NCBI GenBank assembly: GCA_905178155.1 | Contig: CAJINV010000001.1 | Span: 2,594,089 to 2,658,088 of the forward strand | DNA from: Amoebophrya sp. A120 | Taxonomy: Eukaryota > Protista > Dinoflagellata | Length of the DNA: 64,000 nucleotides | Reading direction: 5' to 3' | In this document: positions 59,689-64,000 of the stretch, one piece after another | Numbering within the stretch: the first letter of the stretch is position 1 | Layout of the letters: each line of letters begins with the position of its first letter | Program-made: the position numbers and the translations under genes | Notes under the pieces: generated by a model | Databases searched by the model: none | Seen by the model: the letters and a program-made list of their open reading frames with translations, nothing else | What the model was told of the DNA's origin: nothing

Positions 59689-60388
59689 CGAAACAAGTTG
59701 ATGGGACTTCTTTTGTAGGATTCTGTGAATATGAATAATATCCCTCAGAGAATAAAGCTTCGTGCGACAACGACGGCACAGGTTGTCTCGTTTCTCGCTT
59801 TGAATTGAGCTTCCTAGAACGATACCTGTCTGGTTTCCTCGTGTTTCGAGAACTCAACACTAGAACGAAATTCTCTGCGACACCAAACGCAATCATGGTT
59901 GTGTTTTGTGTGCAACGTGAACTGAAAGAACTGTCGTGCGTGAATATCGCTCGTGTTGTTGCTAACTTTCGTTTCGTTGGTCTGCCGTTGCCTTGGCGAT
60001 TAGCCTGCAGTGTACTCAGAGTTTCGCCAAGAGAGAGAGAAAGAGGGCGCGCGCGAAGCGAGACAGGTAATATCGGCGTCGCGCGCCGAATTCGTTTACC
60101 TGATGCAGAGCTGTCCTCTTGGTCTTGTGTTTCTCATGCCTCGGAAAAGCTACATTTTTAGTTTACAGCAACAAGAAACTCCAACTACAGAAACAGAAAG
60201 AACCATAATTGTGCAACACCGACGTCTGCCTTGTTAACCTGGCAGCTAGCAGCAATATCGTGTGCCCGAGTGGTGGAAGCGTGCAAGCAATTGAAATGTC
60301 CGCAGCTGCCGTGGAGCCACCGGGGCAGTGAAAATGAATCCAATTTCGAAGAAAATGAACGACTACATCAACTCGTGTTGACCAAACT

Positions 60389-63300
60389 ATGCTGACATCC
60401 GTCTCTTTGCAGACGTTGCTGGTGCTGCTGCTGGCGGGATCACCCGCTTGTCGCGCAGGCAGACAGCATGGCAGCGGAAGGCAGTGGCTACGCACCCACC
60501 AAGTAGAAGTAGAACCGGAGGGAGGTTTGCCGGTGCCAGGAGCAGGACATGACGTACTTATTTCATGAATGTATTTGCGGAGTCTAAGTCTTGCAGTTTC
60601 ACGAATGTTTTTTTCTTCTGTCAAGTAGAAAACGTTAGTGACATCCATGCAAAAAAAAACAAGAAAACAAAATTACAGCTCGAGCGTCGCGCGTCCCACG
60701 AGGCGCTGCGGCGTCGCTTCCCAGGTATGGCGCATGCGCTCGGCGGTGCGTCTTCGTTCGTGTCGACGTCGAGACGCGGACGTGCAGGTGACGTCGAAAG
60801 TGGCACAGCGATATCGCACACCTCAGAAGTGGGGACCGTCATTCAGCCCTACAGCGGAGCGCCCGCCTGTGTGCTAGACTCCGCCGACCCCTACAGCTGT
60901 TCGTTCACCGAAGCAGAAATCAGCAGTGTGAGCACCCATTTAGAGCGAAGGGCGATGGTCTCGTTCCTGCTGCTCCTCGGTAAGTAAGTTCTTTTGATTT
61001 CCTTTCTGTGGATTTTGAATGTTTTGTCTTTTGTCAACCCTGGAGGTCTCGTCGGAAGGGGGCGAAGGTGCTCCCGAGGGTCATTCGTGTAAATTTGGCA
61101 ATAAAAAACCAGCTCTCATCGTTGCGGTGTACGTGATGAAGAGTCTGTTTGAGTTTCTTCAGCGGTTGTTCCGAGATGTCCGGTATTTCAACGTGATGTT
61201 TGTCAAGTGCGTGGAGCAGTTGACGATCCTGGGCCTGATTATCGCTCTCTCCTTCAGTCTTTCCTCCGTCGCACTGGAAAGACGACTGGACGACTACTTG
61301 TTTCCGGACAAGGACCGCGCCAGGTGGGACTTGACCAAATACGCCTCCAACGACGTGCGAGAAGGTATTTGATTGGAATCCTTTACTAGCATTTGGTCGC
61401 GTTTTTAACTTTTCTCATCTGCTAGGTCTGAGTCCCATTACAACTGACGATAAAAATCTACATTTGAATTTCAAAATTTTTCCCGCACTCAGGTGCCATC
61501 TACCCGGAGATGTCGGTGCTTCTCCGTGACTTCTACCTCCTGCTCACCGCTTTGATGCTTGTGTACGTGCTCTTTGTCGTGATGATTGGCGCGAATTTGA
61601 GCTTCAAATTTAAGAAATACTTGCGGTTTGAGTTTGAGGCGGAAAACGAGGTGCACGTGAAGGACGACCCCGTGGACAAGGTTAATTTCCTGCTCTGGCG
61701 ACGATCCATGGTCACGCCGATGGTCGGGCATAGGAGTGAAGAGTTGAACTCCTTGAGGAATCCGCTGCAGGAGTTTTCCTTTGTCCAGTACCTGCAGGAA
61801 GTGCTCTCCCAGTACATGCAGGTTTTGTTTCACATCCCCACGTCCGGCCTCGCGATTCTGGTGTTCATCAGCTCCGTAGAGTGCTTCTTGGAAATAGAAA
61901 CGTTGAGCCGGACCCACGCCGTGACGCTGCTCGGTCTGTCCACCGCGACGTGGAGCTGGTGTCTACTCGCACTGTTGCTGATCTTTTTTGTGCACCTGCG
62001 CCGCGTGCGGGAGATGCTCACGCCGCCGCCCGCGGCGATGTTGTGGCATCTAGATCCCCAGAGCGGCGAGAAGCTGCCGGACCGACACTTGTTGCCGCCG
62101 TTCCGGCTTGTCCCTTACCTAAAGGAAGCGCCGAAAAAGACGAAATTCTTCTACTGGTGGTACGGAACATTTTCGCCGAACCAACAGGAGCAACTGTTTT
62201 TTCGATGGAGGAAAGGTACTTCTAAACGTTTGTGGTGTTGTTTTACGCATTTGTAGTCTACTTCCGAGGTACGAAAACTTCTGAGATGCAGGATGTAAGA
62301 ACGGATGAGAAGTACTGAGTTGATACGATAGAGAAGGAAGCCAGTTCTAAGACTAAGTATCTTTTCTTTAGTAGAAGTAAAAATTGCGCAAGTTGTAGTG
62401 ACAATACAAATACAAATGCAAACCACAGGGCCCGCCACGATTCTTGGCGTGCTGCAGACCGCGATTTTCGTTTACGCCACCTTTGTCGCGCTCCTTTTAC
62501 GCAACTTTTCCTACGTAGCCACGACGGGACAGGGGAGTCTGTGGTACGCGGTCGTGGGCTGGACGGCGGCGCTGATTGCTTTGCTTTACATCATTCCGGA
62601 GTCTATCATGATGCTGGTCATTTGCAGTTCCACGAACATGATGCCTAACCGGCGAGCGATCCACGCGGTCGTGAAGGAGCACTCCCAAGAGTACCACAAC
62701 CTCAGTACGACGCTGTTGGAGATGGCACAAATATCGGCGATGAAAGAGAAACTCGAGACGCCGGCACTCGCGGGGGATTTTAACAAGTATAAACTGTCAA
62801 ATTACTTCGCTTTCTTCAGCTGATTATACGTGTGATTCGTCCGCCGGTTTCGGTCAAGATAGCCCTCAGATAGTATGCTACCGTCACCTTATTTCCTTGC
62901 AACAAGCCTCCAACCTATCATTCATCTTCAACCACTTTGATTGAATTAACAGGTATCTCCAAGATCTGTACGAAGTGATCTTTTCCCAGGACCAAAAAGA
63001 CTTGTTCGAAGCCGGGTGGAAGATTCACAACTGGAACGCCACGCGGGGCATGAACCCGACGGAGTTGAAGGAGTGCATGGAACACCTGGGCTTCGAGGAC
63101 AGCGAGATTGTGATCGGGGAGTGGTGGTTGGTGTTTGATTCCGCAGGGGAAGGCACGCTCCACCACGACGACTTTGTGCGCATGCTGACCGCGCGACACA
63201 TCATCAAGTACGGTCTGATCTCGGTGGAAGATCTCGTCGCGTTGTTCCAAACGCACCCAAATGGGGAGACGATCACGGAGTACAATCGGCTGCGGTTGTC

Positions 63301-63679
63301 CGAATACCTGGTCTCCTTCCGCGTGGACGAGCCCCGGCTCGGCGCGGTGGTGCTGATTCGGGAGGCGCGGTTTCTGGCGGACGAGCGCGCCGGGCTGAGC
63401 GACCAGGAAATCATGCGAAAAATGATGGACATGGAGGCGGTCACCGTGACCCCGCAGGAGCTCGCGGAGTTTCTGTACACCAAGCAAAACTACCGGACCC
63501 GGTTGGATACGCGATTCATCGACCACATGCGGCAGGTCCGGGAGTTAGAGCGGCAGGAGGAACTGCAGCGGGTGGCAGCGATTGAGCAGCAGCGCGCGGA
63601 GCTGGTTGCTGAGCAGGGGCCGGGTGCGGAACCTGGTGGGGGGCTGGAGGAAACGCTGTTGCCGCGGGACACGCAATAA
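60389..63679 (+). CDS. Multi-pass membrane protein, MLO-like with C-terminal EF-hand (paralog 2)
   Basis: Signal MLTSVSLQTLLVLLLAG; KCVEQLTILGLI and FSFVQYLQEVLSQYMQVLFHI resemble MLO motifs; YGTFSPNQQEQLFFRWRKGP; EF-hand-like FDSAGEGTLHHDDF; GT-AG introns only. Confidence 0.72.
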
Positions 63680-64000
63680 GGCTCGACTTGGGTCGTCGTG
63701 TGATGTTTAAAGATTGACTGACTTCGTTTCAAAGAAATTATCTAGCTATAGTGACTCAGTTTTTGCCCAATACAGATACACTGACTGTGGGTAGATGATG
63801 AAGATATTGGTGACGTCTTGCTTATAATTGTTGAGTGAATTATCATGATGTTACCCACCTGACATTTAGTGCTCGTCTTCTGGGATGAAGAGAGGACACT
63901 AATTGTCTGGAAGTTCAAAAACTTGTTGTAGAATATTTGCGCACAGCCACAGAAAAACAACTGTACCAAACCATCAACCCTGAAATCTTGTACAATGTAT

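Noticed and set aside
3131-59896. Many short ORFs sharing peptides such as CKNVWVWK, FQTQTFLHLI, MQKCLGLE, AKMSGSG and LPDPDIFAFD as a protein family
   Set aside because: These are six-frame translations of the family-A TIR, not genes.
1-64000. tRNA, rRNA or dinoflagellate spliced-leader (CCGTAGCCATTTTGGCTCAAG) sequences
   Set aside because: None recognised by eye; tRNAscan-SE/Infernal would be needed to exclude them.

Overview
This is eukaryotic, gene-dense DNA with all 14 reconstructed genes on the + strand. It most likely comes from a syndinian dinoflagellate of the Amoebophrya type; that assignment rests on intron architecture and my recollection of the literature, not on a search. The dominant signal is 47 MITE-like 'introner' elements of 126-323 bp in at least 10 TIR families. 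Nearly all have TA(T)...(A)TA ends, all have a 5-bp target-site duplication (37 exact, 10 with mismatches), and all lie in coding exons. Removing the element plus one TSD copy restores the reading frame in every case. Copies of one family occur in both orientations in same-strand genes, and unrelated families share an internal TGT[CGA]ATGC motif, often in convergent pairs. Reconstructed genes: PAN/apple-like Cys-rich secreted protein, acidic alveolin-like protein, a small orphan, palmitoyl-protein thioesterase, T7-like mitochondrial RNA polymerase (12 introners), PLAC8 protein, a 1464-aa NPF/Zn-finger-like protein (13 introners), an intronless triple-repeat orphan, a low-complexity orphan, a TPR+DUF4470-like protein, a Bax-inhibitor-1/Lifeguard protein, a degenerate RecQ helicase, and two tandem MLO-like EF-hand membrane proteins. 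At 6350-8667, two GC-rich ~1-kb inserts sit in nested long direct repeats (47 and ~80 bp) of a hairpin-forming target. Exon structures were reconstructed by hand without RNA data.
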